From: an uncultured Gammaproteobacteria bacterium
GTDB lineage: Bacteria > Patescibacteriota > Microgenomatia > UBA1406 > GWC2-37-13
NCBI GenBank assembly: GCA_964562055.1
Contig: CAZLSE010000001.1
Span: 28,062 to 92,061, forward strand
Direction of reading: 5' to 3'
Length of the DNA: 64,000 bases
Shown: piece after piece, positions 47,820-57,553 of the stretch
Position numbering within the stretch: position 1 is the first letter of the stretch
How the letters are laid out: every line of letters starts with the position of its first letter
The notes under the pieces: model-generated
What the model was told of the DNA's origin: nothing
Seen by the model: only the letters and a program-made list of their open reading frames with translations
Databases searched by the model: none
Program-made: the position numbers and the translations under genes

Positions 47820-48242
47820 TTACTCTGTTTCAACACCCATAGAGCGTGCAGCTCCCGCTACAACTTTTTTAGCTGCTTCAATATCGTTTACATTCATGTC
47901 TGGCATTTTTTCTTTTGCGATCTCTTCAAGTTGAGCCTGAGTAAGTTTTCCTACTTTTTCGGTGTTTGGTTTACCTGATGCGACCTGAAGTCCGAGTTTT
48001 TTCTTAATCATTGCCGAAACTGGAGGTAGCTTTGTGATGAACGTGAATGATCTGTCTTCAAAAACGGTAATAACTGCAGGAATAACATTACCCTTTAACT
48101 TTACGGTTCGAGCGTTATACTCCTTGATAAAATCCATAATTGGCACGCCGTGCTGACCAAGAGCTGGTCCAACTGGTGGCGCTGGTGTTGCTTCACCTGC
48201 CGCAAGATTGAGCTTTAATATTGTCTTTACTTTTTTAGCCAT
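47820..48242 (-). CDS. rplK: 50S ribosomal protein L11
   Basis: [24 protein letters not shown]...MDFIKEYN. An AAGG Shine-Dalgarno-like sequence lies 6 nt upstream of the start. Confidence 0.95.
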   Translation of the reverse strand: MAKKVKTILKLNLAAGEATPAPPVGPALGQHGVPIMDFIKEYNARTVKLKGNVIPAVITVFEDRSFTFITKLPPVSAMIKKKLGLQVASGKPNTEKVGKLTQAQLEEIAKEKMPDMNVNDIEAAKKVVAGAARSMGVETE

Positions 48243-48255
48243 AATACCTTACAAA

Positions 48256-48843
48256 TTATAATTTGTTGACCTGGAGGAAGTCGAGTTCCACCGGAGTCTC
48301 ACGATCAAAAATTGATACGAGTACGCGAACCTTGCCCCGTTCGTCGTCCACTGCCTCAATCGTTCCAAGAAAGTCAGCAAATGGACCCTCGGTAATTTTG
48401 ACTGCTTCACCAGCCGTGAATTTTGTTTTAAATTTAGGTTGTTCTTGTTGCACAAACTTCATAATCGCCTGTACTTCTTTATCGGTGATGGGAGTGGGTT
48501 TTAGACCGGCACCCACAAAACCGGTAACACCTTCTGTGGTGCGCACTACTAACCATGAATCATCGTTGAGAATCATTTTTACCAAAATATATCCTGGAAA
48601 GACTTTTTCTGTGGCTTTTGCTTTTTTACCTTTTTTAATTACCACCACATCACGCATGGGAATAACAATTTCGAAAATCTTATCTTCTACCCCCAAGCTT
48701 TTAATACGCTGTTCGAGCGCTTGCTTTACTTTGTTTTCATATCCGGTTTGAATATGAATAACATACCATTTCGCATCGTTGCCCATGGCAACTGCGGTTT
48801 TAGCAGCTTCTTTTTGTTCTTGTTGGACCTGTGATCCGTCCAT
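48256..48843 (-). CDS. nusG: Transcription termination/antitermination factor NusG
   Basis: KWYVIHIQTGYENKV NGN domain and a C-terminal KOW domain (GEAVKITEGPFADFLGTIEAVD). Confidence 0.9.
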   Translation of the reverse strand: MDGSQVQQEQKEAAKTAVAMGNDAKWYVIHIQTGYENKVKQALEQRIKSLGVEDKIFEIVIPMRDVVVIKKGKKAKATEKVFPGYILVKMILNDDSWLVVRTTEGVTGFVGAGLKPTPITDKEVQAIMKFVQQEQPKFKTKFTAGEAVKITEGPFADFLGTIEAVDDERGKVRVLVSIFDRETPVELDFLQVNKL

Positions 48844-48886
48844 AGCCTAAAAAAATGTATATAGTAACAAACAAAAGTTAAGGGAA

Positions 48887-49093
48887 TTATCGGGTTTTAG
48901 CCAACATCTCCAAACCTTTGGTCAATAAAACATCAATTATACCTATATACAATCCAATAATCAAGGATATCCCCAGTACAATTGTGGTGAGACGAATTGT
49001 ATTTTTGCGAGTAGGCCATGTTACCTTTTTTAATTCCTCCATTATCCCATTTGCAAACTGAGGTCGAAATGATGGTTTTGACATGAATACCAT
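48887..49093 (-). CDS. secE: Preprotein translocase subunit SecE
   Basis: Small single-TM protein (EELKKVTWPTRKNTIRLTTIVLGISLIIGLYIGIID) directly upstream of nusG. Confidence 0.8.
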   Translation of the reverse strand: MVFMSKPSFRPQFANGIMEELKKVTWPTRKNTIRLTTIVLGISLIIGLYIGIIDVLLTKGLEMLAKTR

Positions 49094-49127
49094 TGTAGCA
49101 TATTTTTTTCATTATAATGAGTAATAT

Positions 49128-49760
49128 ATGACCAAAGAATTACTTCATGCCGTGCTCCTAGTATTAAGCATTGCATTAATGTTTATATTCCCCCAAACAC
49201 CACTTCGAACATATGAACTTGAGATTGCCGCATTGCTTCTTATTGTATTATTTGCAGTTCGTAAATTATCTTTATTTTCTAAAAAAACAAGATTGTTTGA
49301 ATCGGTGGTATTTACCCTCATTATTATGGGTATTGTAAATACCTCTGGTGGAATTGCCTCCCCCTATTTTTTTCTCATTTACTTTCTCCTTTTTGCCCTC
49401 ACACTCCTGCTTGAACCGATCATTTCAATTATTACGACCGTTACATTAATGATATTTTACGTGTTTACTATTTCTGGTACTGCAACGATATCACAGCTTA
49501 TTCCAATATTCTCACTTGCCCTCATGACCCCTTTTGCACTTATCATGGGCAACGAATATGAAGAAACAAAACGATTAAGAAAAACAATGTCGAGACAAAC
49601 AGAGAATACATTTCTTTTCTTATCGCTTCTGATGAAAAACCACATAAAGTCTATTCAGGAGCAACTAGACAACTTTGTTGGCGATCATCAACTCCAGTCC
49701 ATTCAAAAATCAATTCATTCCATGCGAAAACAGATTGATATGTTTGAGAAGCAACAGTAA
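49128..49760 (+). CDS. Polytopic membrane protein with a C-terminal helical tail, unknown function
   Basis: Five hydrophobic segments followed by a charged helical region. I found no catalytic motif. Confidence 0.45.
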   Translation: MTKELLHAVLLVLSIALMFIFPQTPLRTYELEIAALLLIVLFAVRKLSLFSKKTRLFESVVFTLIIMGIVNTSGGIASPYFFLIYFLLFALTLLLEPIISIITTVTLMIFYVFTISGTATISQLIPIFSLALMTPFALIMGNEYEETKRLRKTMSRQTENTFLFLSLLMKNHIKSIQEQLDNFVGDHQLQSIQKSIHSMRKQIDMFEKQQ

Positions 49761-49763
49761 TGA

Positions 49764-49938
49764 GTTTATAAAGTTCATAACGTTTATAAAGTTTGTAAAG
49801 TCTGAATGACGAAAGGCAAAAACTACAAGTTACAAGCTATAATGCAACAAAATATTTACAGCGCACTAAAGCGATACAGTTTAGCGTATGTGTTGTCGTT
49901 TGGGCTATTGGTTTTGAGCTTTCAGCTTTTAGCTATTC
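49764..49938. repeat. Composite micro-array leader A: 9-mer GTTTATAAA x4-5, heptamer GYTACAA x4, spacer, heptamer GCTTTNA x5
   Basis: GTTTATAAA GTTCATAAC GTTTATAAA GTTTGTAAA GTCTGAATG (49764-49808). ACTACAA GTTACAA GCTATAA TGCAACA (49822-49849). GCTATTG GTTTTGA GCTTTCA GCTTTTA GCTATTC (49904-49938). Confidence 0.75.
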
Positions 49939-50686
49939 CCCTGTACGCAGTCAACATGGACTCAAATGAATATCGCATCCAATTTGGAACAATCGGTACT
50001 GGAGGTGGAAAAATGGAAGACAATGTTGATAATACCTATACCCTTACCTCAACTCTCGGGCAGGCAGCTTCAAAAGAATTTCAGTCTAATGGATTTATTG
50101 TAAAGGCGGGTTTTCAATATATCTATTCACGCACACCGTTTACATTTTCACTTTCTACGTTACAGATGGATTTTGGTACGCTCATACCCAATACGCCAGC
50201 CACACTCCCCCTCACCTTATCTGTTTCGTTTGGTGGAACGGGTCAGTATGTGGTAACTGCACGAGCCGATAGCCCTCTTACACGTCGTGCTGGTTTACAA
50301 ACAATACCGTTTACCTCTGTAATGGCGGTGTAGATACCTGCACTATTTCTGCCGCAAAAACATGGACGTCTGCTTCTGCGTATGGATTCGGATATTCCAT
50401 GGCAGGCGAAGATATCCCGGCCGACTTTACGAGTGGCAATCACTTTCGTCCGTTTGCCAATCTTCTCGCAACAGAACCCCCTCAAATTGTTATGTCGGGC
50501 GTCAACGTAACCGACAATATCACGCCTACTCCCAATCCCTCCTATTCACCCGCGCCTCAGTTGACAGGAGTTGAGCGTGACACAGTACATGAATCTATCA
50601 TGACCATGAAAGTAAACGTGTCCGCTATCCAACCCGCAGGAAGTTATACGTCCGTTATACGTTTCCTTGCAACTCCATCGTTTTAA
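49806..50686 (+). pseudogene. Secreted surface protein (paralogue of the C-terminal part of 55014-56540), frameshifted
   Basis: Signal peptide KRYSLAYVLSFGLLVLSFQLLAIPLYA. The second frame is open from 50273 and reads CNGGVDTCTISAAKTWTSASAYGFGYSMAGEDIPADF...PAGSYTSVIRFLATPSF, paralleling CDGASCTESTSGDWASATNNGLGYSL...PAGYYYNKVKYTASAIF. Confidence 0.5.
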
Positions 50687-50687
50687 A

Positions 50688-51767
50688 ATGAAAAGTTATG
50701 TAGTTATACAGTTTTTAAAGTTTGTAAAGTCTATAAAGTTTATAAAGCTACAAGCTACAAGTTACAAGACACAAGTTGTAAGTTGCGGTTTAGTGCAGTT
50801 GATATCATTTGGATTTTTAGCTTTGTGCTTTCAGCTTTCAGCTAATACCATATATGCTCAACAGGTGCGATTATCAATCGATCCTCCCATTGTACAGTCA
50901 AAAATAAAACCCGGAAAATCGATACTGGTTGCCTATACCGTAGAAAATGGGGGCGACCCTGTAGCTGTGCAGTTTGTTATCTATGCATTTCAACCAGTTG
51001 GCCGTACAGGCGGTGTTGAACTCATTGAACTTGACGGACCCATTGAGTTTACACTTGAGAATGCCGATGTTTCCCTCAAAACTCCTTTTTTCTTTAATTC
51101 CAAGGAACGAAAACAAGCACTGGTTCGTATTTCTATTCCTTCAACAGCACCTGAGGGAGATTATTATTACATGATCGTTGCGGAAACAGTGCCACATGCA
51201 CCGTCCGAAGGAAGATCACAATCTCAAACTAGCGCGCAAATAGGCGCACCACTCCTCATATCGGTTACCGAGTCGGGACTTACAGAGGTGCAGGCCCGCA
51301 TAGCAGAATTTAGCGTATCCAATACATTTGATATTACGATTGCGAACAAAAAAATGAAATTCATCGATTCATCTCAAATGGTGCCTGTAACACTTGTTAT
51401 TGAAAACCAAGGCAATAACGTCATTCAGCCAAAAGGCACAATAACCGTTCGTTATGGGAAAACTACCAAAACAATAAACTTGCTCGAACAAAACATTTTA
51501 AAAAAATCTCAACGAATAATTTATACGAGACCGTCAACCAATGCGCCCGCACATGTGAGTGCTATGCTATCTGGATTTGGTATTGGGAAACATACGGTAA
51601 CCTCCCAGGTATCATATGGCGCATTTACCCCAGTTCAGTTTGCTCATGTGGAACTGTACGCAGTTCCCATCCGAATGATAGGACTGGGAATTATTACCCT
51701 TCTTTTCAGCAGTAGTATTGTCTTATACTCCCATAAAAAGAAACGAACCAATAAGGTATCCAATTAG
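50688..51767 (+). CDS. Cell-surface protein with two Ig-like domains and a C-terminal TM anchor (DUF916/DUF3324-like architecture)
   Basis: Signal peptide, RLSIDPPIVQSKIKPGKSILVAYTVENGG, YYYMIVAE, APLLISV, VTLVIENQGNNVIQPKGTITV, and C-terminal TM IGLGIITLLFSSSIVLY followed by KKKR. The start is 1 nt after the upstream TAA. Confidence 0.55.
   Translation: MKSYVVIQFLKFVKSIKFIKLQATSYKTQVVSCGLVQLISFGFLALCFQLSANTIYAQQVRLSIDPPIVQSKIKPGKSILVAYTVENGGDPVAVQFVIYAFQPVGRTGGVELIELDGPIEFTLENADVSLKTPFFFNSKERKQALVRISIPSTAPEGDYYYMIVAETVPHAPSEGRSQSQTSAQIGAPLLISVTESGLTEVQARIAEFSVSNTFDITIANKKMKFIDSSQMVPVTLVIENQGNNVIQPKGTITVRYGKTTKTINLLEQNILKKSQRIIYTRPSTNAPAHVSAMLSGFGIGKHTVTSQVSYGAFTPVQFAHVELYAVPIRMIGLGIITLLFSSSIVLYSHKKKRTNKVSN
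50702..50847. repeat. Composite micro-array leader B, with the same module order as leader A
   Basis: AGTTATACA GTTTTTAAA GTTTGTAAA GTCTATAAA GTTTATAAA (50702-50746). GCTACAA GCTACAA GTTACAA GACACAA GTTGTAA GTTGCGG (50747-50788). GCTTTGT GCTTTCA GCTTTCA GCTAATA (50820-50847). Confidence 0.75.
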
Positions 51768-51850
51768 CCTGATCCAATAGGTTAATGTGAGTGAAATGTG
51801 GTTTATAAACCATTGCAGGTTCACAGTAACACTTCATACAGTAACCTTAT

Positions 51851-52543
51851 ATGGATGGTTTTTTATCTTCATGCAAGCCGCTCGTTACACGAATAATTGA
51901 ATCGCGATTTAAATGGGAAATTGTACTTATGTGTATAAGCGGCATCACAATCGTGACAACTCTTTTTATATATTTTCAAGTTCCAAATCCGTCAATAGAA
52001 AAACAGTCGGATTTTACCGTTGGAAATGAATTTCCAACACCAACAACACCTGTAGTACAAAAATTCGTTTATGTTGATGTTTCCGGCGCAGTTAATAATC
52101 CTGACGTGTATAAATTGAGATATGGAGCTCGTCTGTATGATGCAGTTGAAAAGGCGGGCGGACTGTCTACATATGCAGATGAAGCGTTTATTAAACGCAA
52201 TATTAATTTTGCGCGAATACTTTCAGATCAAGAAAAAGTGTATATTCCAACCTTTGATGATGTTCAGTTTAGACATGTTGATGAATATGTGCGTGTATTT
52301 AACGAGACATTTATCCCGCCCACCATAAACCTAAACAACAATCAAGAACAATCTCTCCGCATTAACATTAACTCAAGCCCCGTCGAGGAACTGGACAGCT
52401 TGCCCGGTATTGGTCCGGTATTAGGACAAAAAATTATTGATGGGCGTCCTTATGAATCTATAGACCATTTGCTTCAAAAAAAGATTGTCAGTGAGTCAGT
52501 TTTTGAAAAAATTAAACACGCTATTACTGTTTCGGATGAGTGA
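51851..52543 (+). CDS. comEA: Competence protein ComEA (SLBB plus helix-hairpin-helix DNA-binding)
   Basis: N-terminal TM, VDVSGAVNNPDVYKLRYGARLYDAVEKAGG, and a C-terminal HhH (ININSSPVEELDSLPGIGPVLGQKIIDGRPY). Confidence 0.8.
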   Translation: MDGFLSSCKPLVTRIIESRFKWEIVLMCISGITIVTTLFIYFQVPNPSIEKQSDFTVGNEFPTPTTPVVQKFVYVDVSGAVNNPDVYKLRYGARLYDAVEKAGGLSTYADEAFIKRNINFARILSDQEKVYIPTFDDVQFRHVDEYVRVFNETFIPPTINLNNNQEQSLRININSSPVEELDSLPGIGPVLGQKIIDGRPYESIDHLLQKKIVSESVFEKIKHAITVSDE

Positions 52544-54127
52544 TGCGCTTACTACAATTCAACACATTACTCGCCTGTATATTCCTGAACCATATGCATC
52601 TATTCTAATGGGTGTAACCTATGGTGTTGATATACGCATATCACGAGATATAACTGATCAGATTGTACGAAGTGGTTTGACACATCTAATCGTTTTATCG
52701 GGCGCTAATATTACAGCTCTTTTATTCCTTGTTGAAGGGTTGTATAAGCACATCGGCAAACATGGAGGACTCATTTTATACTTTTTATTTCTCATCTTTT
52801 TTATTTCTATCGTGGGGCTTGAACCACCTCTATTTCGGGCTCTCATAATGTTTATCAGTGTAAGCATATGTACTCTTACCGGACGTCCTAGCTATGCGAT
52901 TTGGAATCTATGGTTATCTGTTTGTGTAATTGCATTACTCAAGCCGACATTTATAAATTCACGTTCGCTTCATCTGTCAGTAGTTGCAACAATGGGATTA
53001 ATTATTGGGAATAGAATTATCCAAAACAAATGTGCAATACAACATTATTTCGTCCGTGATTTTTTAATATCATTATCGGTGTTTATAACCACACTTCCAC
53101 TTACTGCCTGGTACTTTCGCACAATTTCTCTGATAAGTCCACTTGCAACTGTTGTTGCGGGATTACTTATATCTCCCCTGATGATTTGTGGGATTTTATT
53201 GCCGGTTGCACATGGTATATTTCCACCGCTTGCATATCTCATTGCTGTACCAGCGCAGGTACTCTTAATCGCACTGATGTCGATTATTCAGTTCGCATCA
53301 TCAGTTCCCCATTCATTTATCCAGTGGTAATACGATTGCTCTATATATTCCTCATTGGTGTATCAACCCTAGCGATTATGCACCGTTTGAATTCGCAGAA
53401 TGTGATTTTTTGCGACGTTGGTCAAGGAAGTGCGACGCTTGTTCAAGTTGGCTATACCCAATTACTCATCGACACAGGTCCTAATAGATCGGTGCTTGCA
53501 TGTTTAGGAAGACATATGCCACTTTTTGATACAACAATTGAATATATCGTAATAAGCCATCCTCAAAAAGACCATGATGGTGCATTATCTGCAATAGCAG
53601 ATATGTATTTAATTTCACACTTAATCTCACATAAAAAATATAAACACCCTTCAATACAAAAACAAATACATGACAGTGTACGTAGTTTTCGTATACCTCC
53701 AATTCACGTCGCCGTGAGTCGGGCAGCTTTCAAAACACAATCGGTAAACGAGTCGGCCTTAGTGGTAACGCTACGAAGCACATATGATGTAATTTTTCTC
53801 AGTTCAGATATATCAGGTACGCAGCTTAAAAGCTTAATTCCACGAGATGTTACTATTTTTACCGTTCCTCACCATGGTTCAAAAACTGGCATGTATGAAA
53901 ACTCACTCCAAAATATTTCACCTCAACTTGCGATAATTAGTGTTGGAAAGTCAAATAGATACGGTCATCCCCATCAGAATATACTTGATTATTTGTGTGA
54001 GTACAAAATTCCAGTTTGGAGAACAGATCTCCAAGGTGAATTAACGATTGATTTACGAAAGAAGAATTCCTCGTATCTCTTTAAAAATATTGATTGCTTC
54101 AAACCCAATCCAACTTTCTCCCACTAA
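52536..54127 (+). pseudogene. comEC: ComEC/Rec2 DNA internalisation channel (competence domain plus metallo-beta-lactamase domain), split by a frameshift
   Basis: The first frame carries the polytopic competence domain (GLTHLIVLSGANI). The second frame carries FCDVGQGSATLV, LLIDTGP, ISHPQKDHDGAL, VPHHGSKTG and YGHPH. The overlap/break window is 53186-53330. The ATG at 52536 overlaps the comEA stop. Confidence 0.65.
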
Positions 54128-54808
54128 CTCTTTTGGCAATCCTGGATCATCTCGTAGCACTGTGACATATTCCTTTGCTACCTGTGCAAACTTGTCTGAT
54201 TTTTCTCCGTCTGCAGAAAGTATTGCATGCCATTTTCTAAAAAGTTCTCGATATTTTTTATCAAGTGCAGATTTGCCCCAAACTTTTTCAATGAGTGTCT
54301 CGCGGTCTCCAAATGTATGGTCGGATTCGAATGCCTGAATATATTTTTCTTCTTCTTTTCCATCAACCAATTCCTTTAATGATTTGATAATCGGATGTGG
54401 AGTTACCCAAAAAGAACGATGCCATGGCCCAAGTCCCCAACCCTGCATTTCTCGTCTTAATCTGTCGCGAAGTTCGCGTTTGGATTCGGGGATTTCATAT
54501 GAAATAATTCTCCATTTATTATCCCACTCGTCACGTAAAAACCTAAAAAAGGGGAACTCGAGTGCAAGTTCGCGAAGACCATGTTCGGTAAGCGCATATG
54601 ATGGAACTTCATCAACGGCTTCTGCCTTTTCAATACTCCCCTCTTTGACAAGGGATGCAAGCGTTCCTTTTGTTTTTTGATTTAAAGTGAAATCAAAAAC
54701 ACGTTGGGCAGTTTCGGTAAGAAAAACTCCTGATAGTTGACCGTCAGACAAAAGATATAACGCAAGTAATATTTTCGTTCGTCTTTCTTTTATTCCCATA
54801 TATGGCAT
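54053..54808 (-). CDS. PaaX-like transcriptional regulator (wHTH plus Cas2-like ferredoxin-fold middle domain)
   Basis: WRIISYEIPESKRELRDRLRREMQGWGLGPWHRSFWVTPHP, preceded by a wHTH-like region. The start is set at MPYMGIKERR; the track ORF extends to 54904. Confidence 0.45.
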   Translation of the reverse strand: MPYMGIKERRTKILLALYLLSDGQLSGVFLTETAQRVFDFTLNQKTKGTLASLVKEGSIEKAEAVDEVPSYALTEHGLRELALEFPFFRFLRDEWDNKWRIISYEIPESKRELRDRLRREMQGWGLGPWHRSFWVTPHPIIKSLKELVDGKEEEKYIQAFESDHTFGDRETLIEKVWGKSALDKKYRELFRKWHAILSADGEKSDKFAQVAKEYVTVLRDDPGLPKELVGESWIGFEAINIFKEIRGILLS

Positions 54809-55013
54809 CAATATAACAGACGAAAAAATACATGTCAAGACATAAATTGTTCGACATATACAAAATAGAAATCGGTTGCTTCGGAAAGAATTAAACTTAT
54901 ACATTGCGTGTTACCCGCAACACGTCCCTTTAGGTAAAAAACTAGCAATAATACCATTGACATATCCTGGCAAATATAATTTAATGAATCTAATACATGA
55001 TTTTTTGTACACT

Positions 55014-56540
55014 ATGTATAAGCAAACAAGAAGAAGCTTTGCAGTTTTCATACTAACCACCTTTATAGCAATTCAACTCGTACCGTTTGTACAGAAGCGG
55101 GTTTCATTACCAGGTAGCATTGCTCAGCTGTCAAAACTATCGTTTGTTCGCCCCATTGAGCTGGATGCGGCAGGACTGTCATCAGCTTCTGCAACACTAT
55201 CCAATCCTCGTCTTTCCTACCAAGCGGGTGTTAGTACAACTATTTCTGCCGGCAATACGGTTATAACAATTGCGGGTAGCTCGAATGCAGATAATAATAC
55301 TAATCATTTATTTCCTAATGATAGAGTTACCGTGGGCCCTAATCTTGGTCTAACCGTTTCTTCGATTGTTGACACAACAACGTTTATTCTTACAAGTGGC
55401 TTAGGAACTGGCGTTACGAACACCGATAAAGTGTATTCCACTCAGTCGGGCACTCTCACCGTTAATTTTTATACAGGAAGCGCAATTCCGGTTGGCGGAA
55501 GTATACGTGTTGAGGTGCCAGCGTCAGCTGGATCTGTTTCTGGAAGTCCAAATGACGGCGCTCCAGACACTGCAACACTTGCCAATAATGGATTTGACCT
55601 CAACTTTATCACAACTTCGAACATCACCTGTCCTAATATGTTTACCGCAGGAACGCTTACGGCTGGAACTGGTGGACCTTCAAATCCACATGTCATAACA
55701 TGTAACTGGAACGGAGCATCACCACTTGCATCTGGTGCAAATTTAACGGTAGTGATTGGAGATGGCTCACGTGGAATTGTAAACCCTGCCCCTGAATCAA
55801 GTCATACTCAAGGTGTTGCTGATTCATATACCATTAACGCCTATACAAAAACTGGTACAAATGGTGGAGGTACAACAATTGAAGATGTTGGCACAAAAGT
55901 TGCCCCTGTTGAAGGAGTTTTCGTTTCGGTGACTATCGATGAGACACTTAATTTTACCGTTGCAGGTGTGGCTTCGGGAAATATTAATTCTGTGTGTGGG
56001 TTGACACCCGCAGGTAACCTAGTTACCTCAACCGCAATGGCGGTGCCATTTGGTACTGGAGTTACCGCAAACACCTTTTACAATGCGGCACAGCAACTAA
56101 CAGTATCAACCAATGCACCAGGCGGTTATTCAGTAAAAGTAGAAGAAAATGATCAGATGGGTAAAGAAGGCAAAGTATGTACAGGCGCAGCTGCAGGAGA
56201 GACAGACAATTGTATTAAAGACACTACCTGTGACGGTGCTTCCTGTACAGAAAGCACTTCAGGCGACTGGGCTAGCGCAACAAATAATGGACTTGGTTAC
56301 TCGTTATCAAATGTGTCAGGAACAGATGCGAGTTTCCTATATAACGAATCTTCGAGAGCTTTTTCTGCAAAACAATTTGCCGACCAGGAAGTACCAGAGA
56401 CAAAGCAAAATGTTATGTCAAATGCAGGTGTAGTAAATGGTAGTTCAGCATGTGTGTTATATCGATTGTCTGTGTCAGGTACACAGCCAGCTGGATATTA
56501 CTACAACAAAGTTAAATATACAGCAAGCGCAATATTTTAA
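55014..56540 (+). CDS. Large secreted surface protein with a Cys-rich segment and a conserved C-terminal beta-strand motif
   Basis: Signal peptide MYKQTRRSFAVFILTTFIAIQLVPF; Gly/Thr/Ser-rich beta-rich body; C-terminus PAGYYYNKVKYTASAIF shared with the 49806-50686 product. Confidence 0.55.
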   Translation: MYKQTRRSFAVFILTTFIAIQLVPFVQKRVSLPGSIAQLSKLSFVRPIELDAAGLSSASATLSNPRLSYQAGVSTTISAGNTVITIAGSSNADNNTNHLFPNDRVTVGPNLGLTVSSIVDTTTFILTSGLGTGVTNTDKVYSTQSGTLTVNFYTGSAIPVGGSIRVEVPASAGSVSGSPNDGAPDTATLANNGFDLNFITTSNITCPNMFTAGTLTAGTGGPSNPHVITCNWNGASPLASGANLTVVIGDGSRGIVNPAPESSHTQGVADSYTINAYTKTGTNGGGTTIEDVGTKVAPVEGVFVSVTIDETLNFTVAGVASGNINSVCGLTPAGNLVTSTAMAVPFGTGVTANTFYNAAQQLTVSTNAPGGYSVKVEENDQMGKEGKVCTGAAAGETDNCIKDTTCDGASCTESTSGDWASATNNGLGYSLSNVSGTDASFLYNESSRAFSAKQFADQEVPETKQNVMSNAGVVNGSSACVLYRLSVSGTQPAGYYYNKVKYTASAIF

Positions 56541-56545
56541 TTTGT

Positions 56546-57553
56546 ATGAAATCTTTACTCTTCGGATCAAAACAATTTGGGGTGCTTAGTATGGCCGTAC
56601 TCATGAGTTTTGTATTTGGAGGCTCTGTGATGGCTCAAAGTGCCATGCCTTTAACGGTGGGACCAGCGCGCCAACAGATCTCTCTTAATCCCGGAGAAGA
56701 AGCACAAATTGCAGTTAAGTTTTACAACCAAAGTGAAATGCCACTTTCGGGTTTTGTAAAAGTAAATGACTTTGTTGTTGAAGATGATGCGGGTACACCG
56801 CGTATTGTCGAAGACACTTCGCAAGTATCTCCAAAATATTCCGCATCCATGTGGATGACATTACCGTTTGATCGAATGACCATTGCCTCAAATGATCGTA
56901 CTATTGTTCAGGCAACCATTAAGGTACCACAAGATGCACGTCCGGGTGGTAGGTATGTTGCACTTTATTTTGAACCAACCACCGCACTTGCCGAACCAGT
57001 TACAGAAGCCGGCACAAGTATAACTCCACGCATCGCATCACTCTTATATATTCGCGTACAGGGCCCTATTTCTGAAAACGCATACATATCTCGCCTATTT
57101 GCCCAGTCGTTTAGTGAGTACGGACCAATTAATATTACAGCTCAGGTAACAAATAAAGGCGACTATCACATTCGCCCACGTGGCATATTTACTTTAAGTA
57201 ATTTTCTAGGAACCGTTGAACAGGTTAACATGAAAGAGGCAAATATATTCCCAGACGCCCTACGCACATTTACCACATCACTTGGTTCAAAATGGATGTT
57301 TGGAAAATATACCATTCATTTAGCGACGGTCTACGGCGAAAAACAGTTAAATACTGAAAAAAGTATAACGGTATGGGTATTTCCATGGAGAGCAACATTA
57401 GTTGTATTACTCTCGATCTTTATTGTCTACCTCATTGGAAAGTCCGTCTTCAAGACGTTTATTCAACGAGAAGCTTCACTTGAGGAAGAACTCGCAAAAG
57501 AACGTCAGGAAATTGAAAAACTAAAGCAGGAATTGCACAAACGTGATAGATGA
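56546..57553 (+). CDS. Cell-surface protein, paralogue of 50688-51767 (DUF916/DUF3324-like), with C-terminal TM and coiled coil
   Basis: PLTVGPARQQISLNPGEEAQIAVKFYNQS, GGRYVALYFEP, IASLLYIRV, ITAQVTNKGDYHIRPRGIFTL, TM LVVLLSIFIVYLIG, then EEELAKERQEIEKLKQEL. Confidence 0.55.
   Translation: MKSLLFGSKQFGVLSMAVLMSFVFGGSVMAQSAMPLTVGPARQQISLNPGEEAQIAVKFYNQSEMPLSGFVKVNDFVVEDDAGTPRIVEDTSQVSPKYSASMWMTLPFDRMTIASNDRTIVQATIKVPQDARPGGRYVALYFEPTTALAEPVTEAGTSITPRIASLLYIRVQGPISENAYISRLFAQSFSEYGPINITAQVTNKGDYHIRPRGIFTLSNFLGTVEQVNMKEANIFPDALRTFTTSLGSKWMFGKYTIHLATVYGEKQLNTEKSITVWVFPWRATLVVLLSIFIVYLIGKSVFKTFIQREASLEEELAKERQEIEKLKQELHKRDR

Noticed and set aside
49764-50847. CRISPR array interpretation of the short periodic repeats
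   Set aside because: The units are 7-9 nt, directly abutting and without spacers, and imperfect. No cas genes are present. This is not a CRISPR architecture.
54053-54127. 75-nt convergent overlap between the comEC 3' end and the PaaX-like gene 3' end as a regulatory antisense feature
   Set aside because: comEC is already frameshifted upstream, so its 3' boundary is uncertain. Without transcript data the overlap alone is not evidence of function.
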